Under the pieces are notes generated by a model. That model worked only from the letters and a program-made list of their open reading frames with translations, did not search any database and was not told the origin of the DNA. From Patescibacteria group bacterium (lineage in GTDB: Bacteria > Patescibacteriota > Minisyncoccia > UBA6257 > UBA9933): a stretch of DNA of 64,000 bases. Made by a program: the position numbers and the translations under genes. The stretch spans positions 2,216-66,215 of the forward strand of contig JBBUDV010000006.1 of NCBI GenBank assembly GCA_038057075.1, in the 5' to 3' direction. This document shows, one piece after another, positions 47,145-57,416 of this stretch; within the stretch, counting starts at the first letter, position 1, and every line of letters begins with the position of its first letter.

Positions 47145-47516
47145 TTAAGCAGCGCGTTTTTCGGGATGCCTCCTAAAATATTCTTCTTCAACCATTTTAT
47201 TTGAAATCATCGCTTCAAAATTGGAACGGGAGTCGTCTTGCGGCTTAAAATTATTGCCTTTTTGATTTTCCTGTTCATTTAAATAATTTTTTATGTGATT
47301 GCGGTATTCCTCAAATTCTTTATTGGTAAGATTATGCTTTTTTAATTTATCAAAAATCATCAAATCGCCGTCAGTTAATTTATCAACGTCAATAAAATCA
47401 AAATGAGGGTCTTTCCTTTTTTCTTTTTGTTCGTACAAAAAATCACGTAATTCTTCCAAATGTTTTACGTCAATTTCTTTTTGTTTTTCCGGTTGGAAAT
47501 TGATAATTTCGCCCAT
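47145..47516 (-). CDS. Hypothetical protein
   Basis: 123-aa hydrophilic ORF. Confidence 0.6.
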   Translation of the reverse strand: MGEIINFQPEKQKEIDVKHLEELRDFLYEQKEKRKDPHFDFIDVDKLTDGDLMIFDKLKKHNLTNKEFEEYRNHIKNYLNEQENQKGNNFKPQDDSRSNFEAMISNKMVEEEYFRRHPEKRAA

Positions 47517-47547
47517 ATTTTTTCATTTGGTTCGCTTCGTAATATTT

Positions 47548-48186
47548 TTACAGCGCCATTATAAAATTTTTACCCATGTTTTTCTTGGCTTGATACATCG
47601 CGATGTCCGCTCTTTCAATAAGTTCATATAAATTGAAAATTTCTTCCTTGCGTCTTTTACTAATAGCCGAAATCACGCCGAAACTCGCTGTAAATTTCCT
47701 TTTTTCCTTAACTTCGGGAATCCGCAATCTGGCCAATTTATCTTTCATTTTAGCCGCGACTTTATACGCTTCATTTTCGGAAGCATCCAATAAACCGATA
47801 ATAAATTCATCTCCTCCCCATCGGGCGACAACATCAAATTCCCTGACTGAATTGGAGAATATCTCGGCCGCCGATTTTAATAATTTATCACCCGATTTAT
47901 GGCCGTAAATGTCGTTGACTTTTTTCAGATCGTCTATGTCTATAAAAATCAAAGAAAAATTTTTAATATTAAACCCTTTTCTTTTTTCTTTTTTCGCGTG
48001 GACCGCATGCCCGGCTTCGTTTAAAAATTTCCACGCCTCCCTGACAAAACCCTGACGGTTATAAAGGCCTGTCAAAAAATCACGGTCAGCCGCCATTTGA
48101 AGACGCACAATTTCCTTATCTTTCTTTTCAGTTAAACTGACTAATCGCTTAATTTCGTTTTTTAATTGTTTAATACTTTCCGCCAT
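47548..48186 (-). CDS. Diguanylate cyclase (GGDEF)
   Basis: D.LTGLYNR, DIDDLKKVND.YGH..GD, REFD I-site, RWGGDEF. Confidence 0.92.
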   Translation of the reverse strand: MAESIKQLKNEIKRLVSLTEKKDKEIVRLQMAADRDFLTGLYNRQGFVREAWKFLNEAGHAVHAKKEKRKGFNIKNFSLIFIDIDDLKKVNDIYGHKSGDKLLKSAAEIFSNSVREFDVVARWGGDEFIIGLLDASENEAYKVAAKMKDKLARLRIPEVKEKRKFTASFGVISAISKRRKEEIFNLYELIERADIAMYQAKKNMGKNFIMAL

Positions 48187-48231
48187 CCGTAAATATTATA
48201 CCACAAAGGACGCGCAATAATGCGCGCTTTT

Positions 48232-49194
48232 TCAAAATTTCAATGCCTCCAAGGCCTTTATCCTTTCTTCAACCGGCGGATGAGTCATAAAAAGCTTGGC
48301 AATGCCGGAAAGTTTAGCCCCCTTAAAGGGGTTGTCCACCCATAGATGCGCGGTGGCGTTATTGGCTATTTTCATCGGAATCGCGCTTGCGGAAATTTTT
48401 TCCAAAGCCGAAGCAAGACCTGAAGGATTTTTGGTCAAAACCGCGCCCGAAGCATCGGCCAAAAATTCCCTTTTTCTTGATATCGCCAATTGGATAAGCA
48501 TGGCCGAAATCGGCGCGACAATCGCCAAAATAATTCCGACAACGGCAAAAATTTGATTGCCTCCCCTTTCATTATCTCTATTTCTAAAGCCGCCGAAAAA
48601 CGCGCTTCTTAAAAAGATATCCGAAACAATTGAAATAAAACCGACCAAAACCACGACAATTGTTGAAATTAGAATGTCGCGATTGGCAATATGAGACAAT
48701 TCATGCGCAAGCACGCCTTCTAATTCTTTTGCGTTCAATCTTTGAAGTAATCCCGTTGTAACCGCAATCGCGGCGTGTTTTGAATTTCTTCCGGTTGCGA
48801 AAGCGTTAGGTTGAGCTTCATCAATAATATAAATTTTAGGCGCGGGCAAAACGGCTTTTTTCGCCAATTCCCCTACAATTTTAAAAAGTTCGGGATAATT
48901 TTTCTTTTCAACCGGTTTGGCTTTTGTCATCGCCAAAACGATTTTATCCGAATACCAAAAAGAAATAACATTCATCAGCAAACTGAAAACAACCGCAAAA
49001 TATAAAATTGACGGATTGCCGTAAATTCTTGAAAAAAGCCAGCCAATTCCGATGACGCCGATTAAAAAAGCCGCAATTAAAATAAACGTCCTTCTAATAT
49101 TGGAATTTTTACATTTGGCAGCGAGACCGCAAAGAAAACTTTGTTTTATTTGCGGCGAGGGAACTAAATGAAAAAATGTTACGCGTTGTGACAT
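48232..49194 (-). CDS. htpX: Zinc metalloprotease HtpX (N-terminus replaced by repeat-derived sequence)
   Basis: QPNAFATGR, HELSH, ISR.REFLADA, THPP.EERI; first 28 aa come from the inserted element. Confidence 0.9.
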   Translation of the reverse strand: MSQRVTFFHLVPSPQIKQSFLCGLAAKCKNSNIRRTFILIAAFLIGVIGIGWLFSRIYGNPSILYFAVVFSLLMNVISFWYSDKIVLAMTKAKPVEKKNYPELFKIVGELAKKAVLPAPKIYIIDEAQPNAFATGRNSKHAAIAVTTGLLQRLNAKELEGVLAHELSHIANRDILISTIVVVLVGFISIVSDIFLRSAFFGGFRNRDNERGGNQIFAVVGIILAIVAPISAMLIQLAISRKREFLADASGAVLTKNPSGLASALEKISASAIPMKIANNATAHLWVDNPFKGAKLSGIAKLFMTHPPVEERIKALEALKF

Positions 49195-49197
49195 TTT
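49112..49197. mobile_element. Double-hairpin TTA-flanked element, copy 5 (inside htpX 5' end)
   Basis: TTA|CATTTGGCAGCGAGACCGCAAA...TTTGCGGCGAGGGAACTAAATG-A6-TGTTACGCGTTGTGACATTTT|TTA. Confidence 0.88.
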
Positions 49198-49220
49198 TTA
49201 TACGAAATGAAATTCATTAT

Positions 49221-49424
49221 TTACCGCCTTACAAAAGGAAGCAGTCCTAAAAATCTGGCCCTTTTTATGGACTGAGCGAGCATTCTTTGATGTTTTGCGC
49301 AAGTGCTCGTGTGTTTCGGATCTATGATTTTCGCCTGCGATGAAACAAACCGTCTAAGCAAGTCGGCTTCTTTATAATCAATATATTTTAAATTTTGCGA
49401 GCAGAAAAAACACTGTTGTGTCAT
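49221..49424 (-). CDS. rpsR: 30S ribosomal protein S18 (Zn-binding type)
   Basis: CFFC...IDYK..LL.RF.S..KI...CAKHQR..IKRAR.LGLLPF. Confidence 0.93.
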   Translation of the reverse strand: MTQQCFFCSQNLKYIDYKEADLLRRFVSSQAKIIDPKHTSTCAKHQRMLAQSIKRARFLGLLPFVRR

Positions 49425-49428
49425 ATTT

Positions 49429-49908
49429 TTAAAACGGCAAATCTTCGGATTTTATTTCTTCTTCGTTAATATCTATTTGCGGAAGGTCTGTTTGCGGCGC
49501 CGCGTCAACCCCCTGCCTGTCGGCAGAAAAACCTTCCTTTTGAGAAACCGGCTGCGCCGCGGCTCCTTTATTAAATCCCGCGCTTCTGGGACCCAATTGT
49601 AATCTGTCGGAAATCACCTCGGTGGTTTTTTGATTTTGGCCTTGCTGGTTCTGCCAAGTTCTGCTCTTGAGCCGTCCTTCAATCATTACCATACTTCCCT
49701 TTGAAAGAAATTGCGAAGCCACTTCTGCCTGCTTTCCCCAAACAACAATATTATGATATTCCACTTCTTCCTGTCTTGCTCCGGCCTTATCTTTCCAAAC
49801 CCGATTAGTCGCCACTGAAAAATTGGCAACCTGCTGGCCGTTCGGAATTGTTCGGAGCTGCGGGTCCGCAGTCAATCTTCCTATGATGAAAACTTTATTT
49901 AAATCCAT
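49429..49908 (-). CDS. ssb: Single-stranded DNA-binding protein
   Basis: LNKV.IIGRLT.DP, FSVATNR, C-terminal EDLPF. Confidence 0.95.
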   Translation of the reverse strand: MDLNKVFIIGRLTADPQLRTIPNGQQVANFSVATNRVWKDKAGARQEEVEYHNIVVWGKQAEVASQFLSKGSMVMIEGRLKSRTWQNQQGQNQKTTEVISDRLQLGPRSAGFNKGAAAQPVSQKEGFSADRQGVDAAPQTDLPQIDINEEEIKSEDLPF

Positions 49909-49915
49909 AATAATT

Positions 49916-49998
49916 TAACTTACAACCCACAACTTACAACTTACAACAAATTTATTTTTAGTTATTATTTATTAGTTGTTTGTTGTTAGTTATTAGTT
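49916..49998. repeat. Heptamer tandem tracts (TTACAAC)n and (TTAGTTA/TTGTTGT)n
   Basis: Two opposed low-complexity tracts between rpsF and ssb. Confidence 0.55.
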
Positions 49999-50437
49999 AT
50001 TTTAATATTTCTTCCAATTTTTTTTCCAATAATTCGTTGTTAATAAAAGCGTCGCTGGACTCCTTTCTTTCTTCTCTAATTTTAACTTTCGGCAAAGCCG
50101 CCTGCTCATTGAAAGACACGGGCTTCTCGGATTGTTCCATTTCCTGCTGTTTTAAAGCGGTATCCGGCAAAACAACCGCTAAAAACCTCAATATCTTTTG
50201 GTTAAATTTGAGTTTTTCCGTTAATGGCTTTATTGAAGCGGCATCAAGCGCGAATTGGACGTAACCGAAAAAAGCTCCTGTTTCTTTTTTAATCGCATAA
50301 GCCAGCCGAATTTTTTTCGGCTTTCCTTCTTTTAAAATATCGGCTTTATGGGCTTTTAGCGCTTTAATTACTTCTTCGGCATCCCCCTCTGAAACCGCCA
50401 AATATCCTATTTCGTAATTTTTTACCAAGTTTTCCAT
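49997..50437 (-). CDS. rpsF: 30S ribosomal protein S6
   Basis: YEI, RLAYAIKK, ILRFL; rpsF-ssb-rpsR order. Confidence 0.88.
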   Translation of the reverse strand: MENLVKNYEIGYLAVSEGDAEEVIKALKAHKADILKEGKPKKIRLAYAIKKETGAFFGYVQFALDAASIKPLTEKLKFNQKILRFLAVVLPDTALKQQEMEQSEKPVSFNEQAALPKVKIREERKESSDAFINNELLEKKLEEILK

Positions 50438-50477
50438 TACTTTAAAATACTAATAAATAATTTTTAATATGTCAAAA

Positions 50478-53400
50478 CTATTCCGCCTCTTTACTTTCTT
50501 TTTCAATAATCGGCTTTACGCGATAGCCGGTGCCTGCGGGAATCAATCTTCCAATAATGACGTTTTCTTTAAGACCCCTTAATTTGTCGGTTTTGCCTTC
50601 CGTCGCGGCTGCGACCAAAATTCTATTGGTTTCCTGGAACGATGCCGATGAAAGGAAGCTCTCGGTTGAAAGAGACGCTCTGGTGATGCCGACTAAAAGC
50701 TGTTTCGCTTTTGCCGGACTTTTACCTTTAGCTTTTATTTCTCGGTTAACCTCCAAAAATCTCGATTTTTCTACAATGTCGCCAAGAACGAATTCGGTAT
50801 CGCCCGGTTCTTTTATCATCACTCTTGAAAACATCTGTTTAACGATAATTTCAATGTGTTTGTCGTTTACCGCGTTTCCTTCCGGAACGTAAATCTTCTG
50901 AACTTCGTTTATGGCGTATCTTTCAACAGCGTCCTTATCCTTATGATTAAACAATTCTTTTAAATCCAAACTGCCTTCGCAAAGCTGGTCGCCTTTGGAA
51001 ATCTTGTCTTTGGCTTTAACGAAAACCTTAATGCTTCTCGGTATTAAATACTCGATAACTTTTGATTTTTTGTTTTTGGAAACCTTAAGCAATATCGCCT
51101 TCATGCTGTCGCGTTCTTCAATATCTTCAATCACCCCGTCGCTTTCCGCCAAAATCGCTTTGCCTTTTGGCAAACGAACCTCAAATATTTCTTCAACTCT
51201 CGGCAAACCGTGCGTGATGTCAACTCCGGCAATGCCACCCGTATGAAAAGTCCTTAGAGTAAGCTGGGTTCCCGGTTCGCCGATTGATTGAGCGGCGATA
51301 ACCCCCATCGCTTCGCCAATCTGCGCCAAACCTCCGCGTCCCAAATCAAGGCCGTAACACTTGGAACAAACGCCGTATAAAGTTTTACACCTGAGCGGAG
51401 AGCGCACTTTAACTGCGACAATTGACGATTCTTTTCCGATTTTTTCCGCTTTCTCTTTGTCAATTATTTCTCCCGCTCTGGCCAGAATTTTATTGCCGAC
51501 TTTGACGTCATTAAGCAAAGTTCTGCTGAAAATTCTTTGGCCGAAATTATAACCGTATTCATCTCCGTCAGCCCTGAAAAGTTCAATGCCTTCGGTTGTC
51601 CGACAGTCGTTCTCGCGAATAATTATGTCCTGCGCCACATCAACCAATCTTCTAGTAAGATAGCCGGCAGACGCCGTTTTAAGCGCGGTGTCGGTCAACC
51701 CTTTTCTGGAACCGTGAGTGTTGATAAAAAATTCCAAAACATTCAACCCTTCTTTATAAGACGACTTGACGGGCAATTCAATTGTTTCGCCTCTCGGATT
51801 TTGCACTAAGCCCTTCATACCAAGCATCTGCACCGCTTGAGCCCAGGAACCTCTGGCTCCAGAATCAACAATATAATGAACCGCGTTGAGTTTCTTGGTA
51901 GCGCTCAAAACTTTCGGCACGATGACCGCAATTTTATCCTTGGTTTTTTCCCAAACCGCGATAATTCTTTGGCGGCGTTCTGAATCGGTAAGCAAACCAT
52001 CGTCATATTGTTTTTCAACCACTAATATTTCTTTTTCCGCTTCTTCAATAATTTTGCCTTTTTCCGCGGGAACAAGCAGGTCTTCCATACCCCAGCTGAT
52101 TCCCGAAGCGGTGGCGTATCTAAACCCTATTGTTTTGATTTTATCTAATATCTTCCAAGTGTTTTCAATGCCGTATTTGGTAATAACCGCGGCGACAATT
52201 CTCTGTAATTCTTTTTTATTCATAATTTCATTTATAAATCCGAAGTCCTTCGGCAAAACGCCGTTAAAAATCACTCTCCCGACAGAGGTCTCCAAATACT
52301 TATTTTTAGCAACCCAAATTTTAACCAAAGCGTTGATGTCAACGTTGCCGAATTCGTAAGCTAAAACCGCTTCATCAAACGAAGAAAAAACTTTACCCGT
52401 TCCTTTGGCTCCTTCTATTATTTTAGTAAGATAATAACAACCTAAAATAATATCTTGAGAAGGCGAAGCTATCGGGTCTCCCGTTGACGGCTTTAAAATA
52501 TTTCTGCTTGAAAGCATTAATTTTTCGCATTCGTCCTGCGCCTCTTTTGAAAGCGGAACGTGAACGGCCATCTGGTCGCCGTCAAAGTCGGCGTTAAACG
52601 CGGAACAAACCATAGGCGGTATTTTAATCGCCAAATCCTCTACAAGAACCGGTTTAAACGCCTGAATGCCCAAACGATGTAAAGTAGGAGCGCGATTTAA
52701 AAGAACTTTTTTATCTTTAATCACTTCTTCTAAAATAGCCCAGACCTCGGCCGGCGCCTGTTCTATAAGACGCGTGGCGTTTTTAATGGTAAAAGCGAGA
52801 CCTTCTTTGATAATTTTTGAAATAACGAACGGCTTGAATAATTCCAAAGCCATTTTTTTCGGCAAACCGCAAGTATCAAGCGGCAATTCCGGACCGACAA
52901 CAATAACGGAACGGCCGGAATAGTCCACGCGTTTACCCAAAAGATTCTGCCTGAAACGGCCTTGCTTTCCTTTTAAAATGTCCGCCAAAGACCGAAGCGG
53001 CCTTCTTTGCGCCGACATCTGCGGCGAAGCCGTGCCCCTCGCGGTATTGTCAATCAAAGCGTCAACCGCTTCTTGAAGCATTCTTTTTTCGTTGATAATG
53101 ATTATTTCCGGCGCTTTTAATTCTATGAGTTTCTTTAATCGATTATTGCGATTGATGACACGCCTGTACAAATCGTTTAAATCCGAAGTGGCGTAACGGC
53201 CGCCGTCAAGCGGAACCATGGGCCGAAGTTCCGGAGGCAAAACCGGAAGTATGCTTATAATCAGCCATTCCGGCTTCATTTTATTTTTCATGAACGAATG
53301 CGCGAGTTTGAGCCGAGTCATAAGCTTTTTGACTCTTCCTTCTTCGCGGGTATACTCCAATTCTTTTTCGGTTTCTTGATACATCTTTTTTAAATCAATA

Positions 53401-54062
53401 TTCTCCAAAATTTTTCTGATGGCCTCCGCGCCGCTCTGCGACTGAAACACATCGCCGAATCTTCGCGACAAATTAAAATATTCCGTCTCGGAAAGAATCT
53501 GGCCGGCTTTAAGCGAAACCAATTGATCTTTGGTCTCTTCCATTTTCGCTTCCAACTCCTTTAACGCCGCTTTTGTCTCGGTTCCTTTTTTCTTTGATTT
53601 GAATTCTTCTCCAAGTTCTTTTAAAACCCTTTTTCTGGCGTCTTCATTGACCAAAGTCACGATATAAGCCATGTAATAAATAACTTTTTCAAGTTTCTGC
53701 ACCGGAATATCCAAGAATAAAGAAATTCTTGAGGGGATAACTTTCAAAAACCATATGTGCGAAACCGGAGCCGCAAGTTTAATATGCCCCATTCTTTCTC
53801 TCCTGACGCTTGAATGAGTCACTTCAACGCCGCATTTGTCGCAAATTATTCCCTTATAACGGATTCTTCTGTACTTGCCGCAATAACATTCATAATCCTT
53901 AGTGGGCCCGAAAATCCGCTCGGAAAACAGACCGTCTTTTTCCGGCCTTTGAGTCCTGTAATTTATGGTTTCCGGTTTAACCACCTCGCCATGGGACCAA
54001 CTCAATATTTCTTCGGGCGAAGCGACTTTAAGTTTTAATCCGCTAAAATCTTTATATTCCAT
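50478..54062 (-). CDS. rpoC: RNA polymerase beta' subunit
   Basis: Zn finger, [25 protein letters not shown]. Confidence 0.98.
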   Translation of the reverse strand: MEYKDFSGLKLKVASPEEILSWSHGEVVKPETINYRTQRPEKDGLFSERIFGPTKDYECYCGKYRRIRYKGIICDKCGVEVTHSSVRRERMGHIKLAAPVSHIWFLKVIPSRISLFLDIPVQKLEKVIYYMAYIVTLVNEDARKRVLKELGEEFKSKKKGTETKAALKELEAKMEETKDQLVSLKAGQILSETEYFNLSRRFGDVFQSQSGAEAIRKILENIDLKKMYQETEKELEYTREEGRVKKLMTRLKLAHSFMKNKMKPEWLIISILPVLPPELRPMVPLDGGRYATSDLNDLYRRVINRNNRLKKLIELKAPEIIIINEKRMLQEAVDALIDNTARGTASPQMSAQRRPLRSLADILKGKQGRFRQNLLGKRVDYSGRSVIVVGPELPLDTCGLPKKMALELFKPFVISKIIKEGLAFTIKNATRLIEQAPAEVWAILEEVIKDKKVLLNRAPTLHRLGIQAFKPVLVEDLAIKIPPMVCSAFNADFDGDQMAVHVPLSKEAQDECEKLMLSSRNILKPSTGDPIASPSQDIILGCYYLTKIIEGAKGTGKVFSSFDEAVLAYEFGNVDINALVKIWVAKNKYLETSVGRVIFNGVLPKDFGFINEIMNKKELQRIVAAVITKYGIENTWKILDKIKTIGFRYATASGISWGMEDLLVPAEKGKIIEEAEKEILVVEKQYDDGLLTDSERRQRIIAVWEKTKDKIAVIVPKVLSATKKLNAVHYIVDSGARGSWAQAVQMLGMKGLVQNPRGETIELPVKSSYKEGLNVLEFFINTHGSRKGLTDTALKTASAGYLTRRLVDVAQDIIIRENDCRTTEGIELFRADGDEYGYNFGQRIFSRTLLNDVKVGNKILARAGEIIDKEKAEKIGKESSIVAVKVRSPLRCKTLYGVCSKCYGLDLGRGGLAQIGEAMGVIAAQSIGEPGTQLTLRTFHTGGIAGVDITHGLPRVEEIFEVRLPKGKAILAESDGVIEDIEERDSMKAILLKVSKNKKSKVIEYLIPRSIKVFVKAKDKISKGDQLCEGSLDLKELFNHKDKDAVERYAINEVQKIYVPEGNAVNDKHIEIIVKQMFSRVMIKEPGDTEFVLGDIVEKSRFLEVNREIKAKGKSPAKAKQLLVGITRASLSTESFLSSASFQETNRILVAAATEGKTDKLRGLKENVIIGRLIPAGTGYRVKPIIEKESKEAE

Positions 54063-54067
54063 AATTT

Positions 54068-54110
54068 ATGCTTCGGCTCTGCTCAGCATAACACTGAGCT
54101 TGCCGAATGT
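54068..54110. repeat. Pair of REP-like units between rpoB and rpoC
   Basis: ATGCTTCGGCTCTGCTCAGCAT-AAC-ACTGAGCTTGCCGAATGT. Confidence 0.55.
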
Positions 54111-54111
54111 A

Positions 54112-57100
54112 TTATTTTTTCTCTTCCTCATTATTAACCACCTCAATGCTTAATCCCATTGCCTTTATTTCACTCACTAAAACGTTAAAAGCTGACGGGA
54201 TGTTCGGACTCTTAATGTCTTCTCCTCTGATTATATTTTCAAACGTTGCCGCCCTTCCGAAAATGTCATCGGATTTTATGGTGAGCATTTCCTGTAAAGT
54301 ATGCGCGGCGCCGTAACCTTCAAGAGCCCATACCTCCATTTCTCCAAACCTCTGGCCGCCAAATTGAGCTTTTCCGCCGAGCGGCTGTTGGGTAATAAGA
54401 GAATAAGGGCCGGTGGCTCTCATGTGGATTTTGTCTTCAACAAGATGGTTAAGCTTTAATATATATATGTATCCCACGGTGACCGGCTGCGGGAATTTTT
54501 TTCCCGTCCGTCCGTCATAAAGAGTTAATTTTCCGTTTTCGGGGTAGCCGGCTTTTTTAAGTTCTTCTTTTATCATTTCTTCGGTTGCTCCGACAAACAC
54601 GGGAGTAGCGGCTCGATAACCCAATTTCTTGGCGGCCAAGCCCAAATGGGTTTCCAAAATCTGCCCCAAATTCATACGTGAAGCCACACCCAAAGGATTT
54701 AAAATAATATCCACCGGCGTTCCGTCTTCAAGATACGGCATGTCTTCAGCCGGCCTGATTTGGGAGATAACGCCTTTATTTCCATGCCGTCCGGCAAGTT
54801 TGTCGCCGGCTCTTATTTTTCTCATTTGAGCAATATCAATCTGGATTCTTTTAATAACGCCTACTTCCAATTTATCTCCTCTTTCGCGCGAAAAAATCTT
54901 TACGCCGATGACGCGTCCTGTTTCACCGTGCGGCAAAATAAGCGAAGAATCCTTGATGTCTCTGGCTTTTTCCTCAAAAATCGCGCGGAGCAGTTTTTCT
55001 TCAGCGGTAAGTTCGGTTTCGCCCTTGGGAGAAACCTTGCCGACTAAAATATCGCCGGAACGAACCTCGGCGCCAATTCTAATAATTCCTTCCTCGTCCA
55101 AATTTCTGAGTTTTTCCTCGGAAACATTGGGAATGTCGTTTGTAGTTATCTCAGGCCCGAGTTTAGTTTCTCTCACATCGCAATAAAAATCTTTAATGTG
55201 AATTGACGAAAAAATATCTTCTTTAACGGCGCGCTCGGAAAGAATAATGGCGTCTTCAAAATTGGCTCCCTCCCAAGAAATAAACGCCACTAATAAGTTT
55301 TGCCCCAAAGCCAAAACGCCGTTATCCATAGAAGGACCATCGGCTAAAACATCTCCTTTTTTTATTTTGTCGCCTTTTCTCGCTAAAAGTTTATGGGAAA
55401 TGCAAGTATATTGATTGGAACGTTGAAATTTTTGAAGTGTATATTCTTTAAGTCCGGATTTGGTTTTTAAAACGACACGGTCCGCATCTGCTTCAATAAT
55501 TTCTCCGTCTTCGTCCGCGATAATGGCGCGCAAAGAATCTTTGGCAAGTTTTTCTTCAATACCCGTTCCCACCAAAGGCGCCTGCGGTTTAACGGTCGGT
55601 ACCGCCTGTCTTTGCATGTTTGAACCCATTAAAGCCCTATTGGCGTCATCGTGTTCCAAAAATGGAATAAGCGAAGTGGCGACGCTGATTGATTGATTGT
55701 TTGTAACGTCAATGAAGTCAACTTCTTCTCTCTCTATAGTTCTGGGTTCTCCCTTGATTCTCGCTTCAACAACTTTATCAATAATTTTTTTCTGGTCGTC
55801 CAATTTGACGCCTCCATGGGCGATTTTATATTTTTCTTCCTCAATCGCGTTCATCCACACGATTTCATTAATTACTTTTCCGTTTTTAACTTTAGCGTAC
55901 GGCGTTTCCAAAAAACCGAATTCATTGATACGAGTGTAACTTGCGAAATGATTGACTAAACCGATTGATTGGCCTTCCGGCGTTTCAATCGGACAAATTC
56001 TTCCATAATGCGAAGGATGGACATCGCGAACCTCAAAGCCGGCATGTTCGCGCGTGAGACCTCCGGGGCCTAAAAGAGACAGTCGCCTCTTGTTCTCAAT
56101 TTCCGACAACGGATTTGTTTGGTCCATAAATTGCGAAAGCTGGGAAGAAGATAAAAATTCCTTCATTACCGCCACGAGCGGCCGGCCGTTAATAAGCTGA
56201 ACCGGCGCCAAACCGGCGATGTCCGAAGTTGAAATTCTATCTTGAATATTTCTTCTCATTCGGGCAAAACCGACATAAAGCCGCGTCTGAAGCAATTCCC
56301 CCACGGCTCTCACCCTGCGATTACCCAGATGGTCAATATCATCGGGCTCGGCGGCTGGATTATTATTTAATGTGATAATTTCTTTCACTATTGAAACCAA
56401 ATCCTCTAAATCCAAAAGAGTGGAATTTTTATTCTTAAGTCCCAGACGCTGATTGAGTTTGAATCTGCCCACCGCCGACAAACTATAGCGGTCCGCTCTG
56501 CCGAACATGGCGTCAATCAAACTCTTGGCGTTTTCCGGAGTCGCCAAATCGCCGGGCCTGAGCCGCTTATAAATTTCAGAGTAGGATTCCATCGAAGTTT
56601 TTGCCGCGTCCTTTTTTAATGTTGCTTCAATATATTTAACACTGCTCGTGTCAACGTCGGCGAAAACCTTTTTTATTTTTTCAGCGGTATCTAAATTTCC
56701 GATGCCCTTTGCGGTGAAAATTCTTAAAAGGTCTGTAACCGGCGCTTTTCTATGACGGTCTATTTTGACCCCGATAAAGCCGTCTTGTTCAGTTTCAAAT
56801 TCCAACCAGCTCCCGCGATTGGGAATAATTTTTGCGCCGAAAAGTTTTTTGCCGCGGGAAACAGCCGCGTTGAAATAAACGCCGCTTGAACGAATAAGCT
56901 GAGACACCATCACGCGCTCCACTCCGTTTAAAATAAAAGTATAACAACTCGTTATTATCGGAAAATCGCCGAGATAAACTTCTTGTTCTTTTGTTTCTTT
57001 GGTTTTATGATTAACCAACTTGACTTTGACTCTAAGCGGCGCTTCGTAAGTGAGGCCTTTAAGCCGCGTTGTCTCTTCGTCATATCGGGGCTCGTCAAAA

Positions 57101-57294
57101 TAATAATCAAGGAAATAAATTTCAACTTCCGCTCCGGTATAATCCTTGATGGGAGAAATCTCGTCAAAAAGTTCTCTCAATCCTTTTTTCACGAACCAAT
57201 CCCAGGAATCTTTTTGAATTTCCGCCAAAAACGGCTGTTTGACGAAAGCGCCCGGATGAGATGAAAAAATTTTAACGGGGGTTTTTTTAACCAT
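54112..57294 (-). CDS. rpoB: RNA polymerase beta subunit
   Basis: SQFMDQ.NPL, ETPEG..IGL, GDKLAGRHGNKG, GQRFGEMEVWALE. Confidence 0.98.
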   Translation of the reverse strand: MVKKTPVKIFSSHPGAFVKQPFLAEIQKDSWDWFVKKGLRELFDEISPIKDYTGAEVEIYFLDYYFDEPRYDEETTRLKGLTYEAPLRVKVKLVNHKTKETKEQEVYLGDFPIITSCYTFILNGVERVMVSQLIRSSGVYFNAAVSRGKKLFGAKIIPNRGSWLEFETEQDGFIGVKIDRHRKAPVTDLLRIFTAKGIGNLDTAEKIKKVFADVDTSSVKYIEATLKKDAAKTSMESYSEIYKRLRPGDLATPENAKSLIDAMFGRADRYSLSAVGRFKLNQRLGLKNKNSTLLDLEDLVSIVKEIITLNNNPAAEPDDIDHLGNRRVRAVGELLQTRLYVGFARMRRNIQDRISTSDIAGLAPVQLINGRPLVAVMKEFLSSSQLSQFMDQTNPLSEIENKRRLSLLGPGGLTREHAGFEVRDVHPSHYGRICPIETPEGQSIGLVNHFASYTRINEFGFLETPYAKVKNGKVINEIVWMNAIEEEKYKIAHGGVKLDDQKKIIDKVVEARIKGEPRTIEREEVDFIDVTNNQSISVATSLIPFLEHDDANRALMGSNMQRQAVPTVKPQAPLVGTGIEEKLAKDSLRAIIADEDGEIIEADADRVVLKTKSGLKEYTLQKFQRSNQYTCISHKLLARKGDKIKKGDVLADGPSMDNGVLALGQNLLVAFISWEGANFEDAIILSERAVKEDIFSSIHIKDFYCDVRETKLGPEITTNDIPNVSEEKLRNLDEEGIIRIGAEVRSGDILVGKVSPKGETELTAEEKLLRAIFEEKARDIKDSSLILPHGETGRVIGVKIFSRERGDKLEVGVIKRIQIDIAQMRKIRAGDKLAGRHGNKGVISQIRPAEDMPYLEDGTPVDIILNPLGVASRMNLGQILETHLGLAAKKLGYRAATPVFVGATEEMIKEELKKAGYPENGKLTLYDGRTGKKFPQPVTVGYIYILKLNHLVEDKIHMRATGPYSLITQQPLGGKAQFGGQRFGEMEVWALEGYGAAHTLQEMLTIKSDDIFGRAATFENIIRGEDIKSPNIPSAFNVLVSEIKAMGLSIEVVNNEEEKK

Positions 57295-57416
57295 AAAATA
57301 ACCTTCCGCGATAAGCGGCTATTTATATTAGTTTGTATTTTAACAATTAACCGGATTAATAGGATTAATTATTATTATATTTAACACGATTTGATATGTG
57401 TTCGTCAAGTCCCCCC

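Noticed and set aside
10311-49200. The 86-bp repeat as a CRISPR array or an IS608-type element inserted 3' of TTAC
   Set aside because: Copies are kilobases apart with no spacers or cas genes. All copies do begin TTAC, but the htpX empty site restores the frame only with a TTA-based junction; no TnpA is in the window
50530-57264. Many plus-strand ORFs inside rpoB and rpoC (likewise inside dnaK, mreB, infB, pheT)
   Set aside because: Antisense shadows of conserved genes
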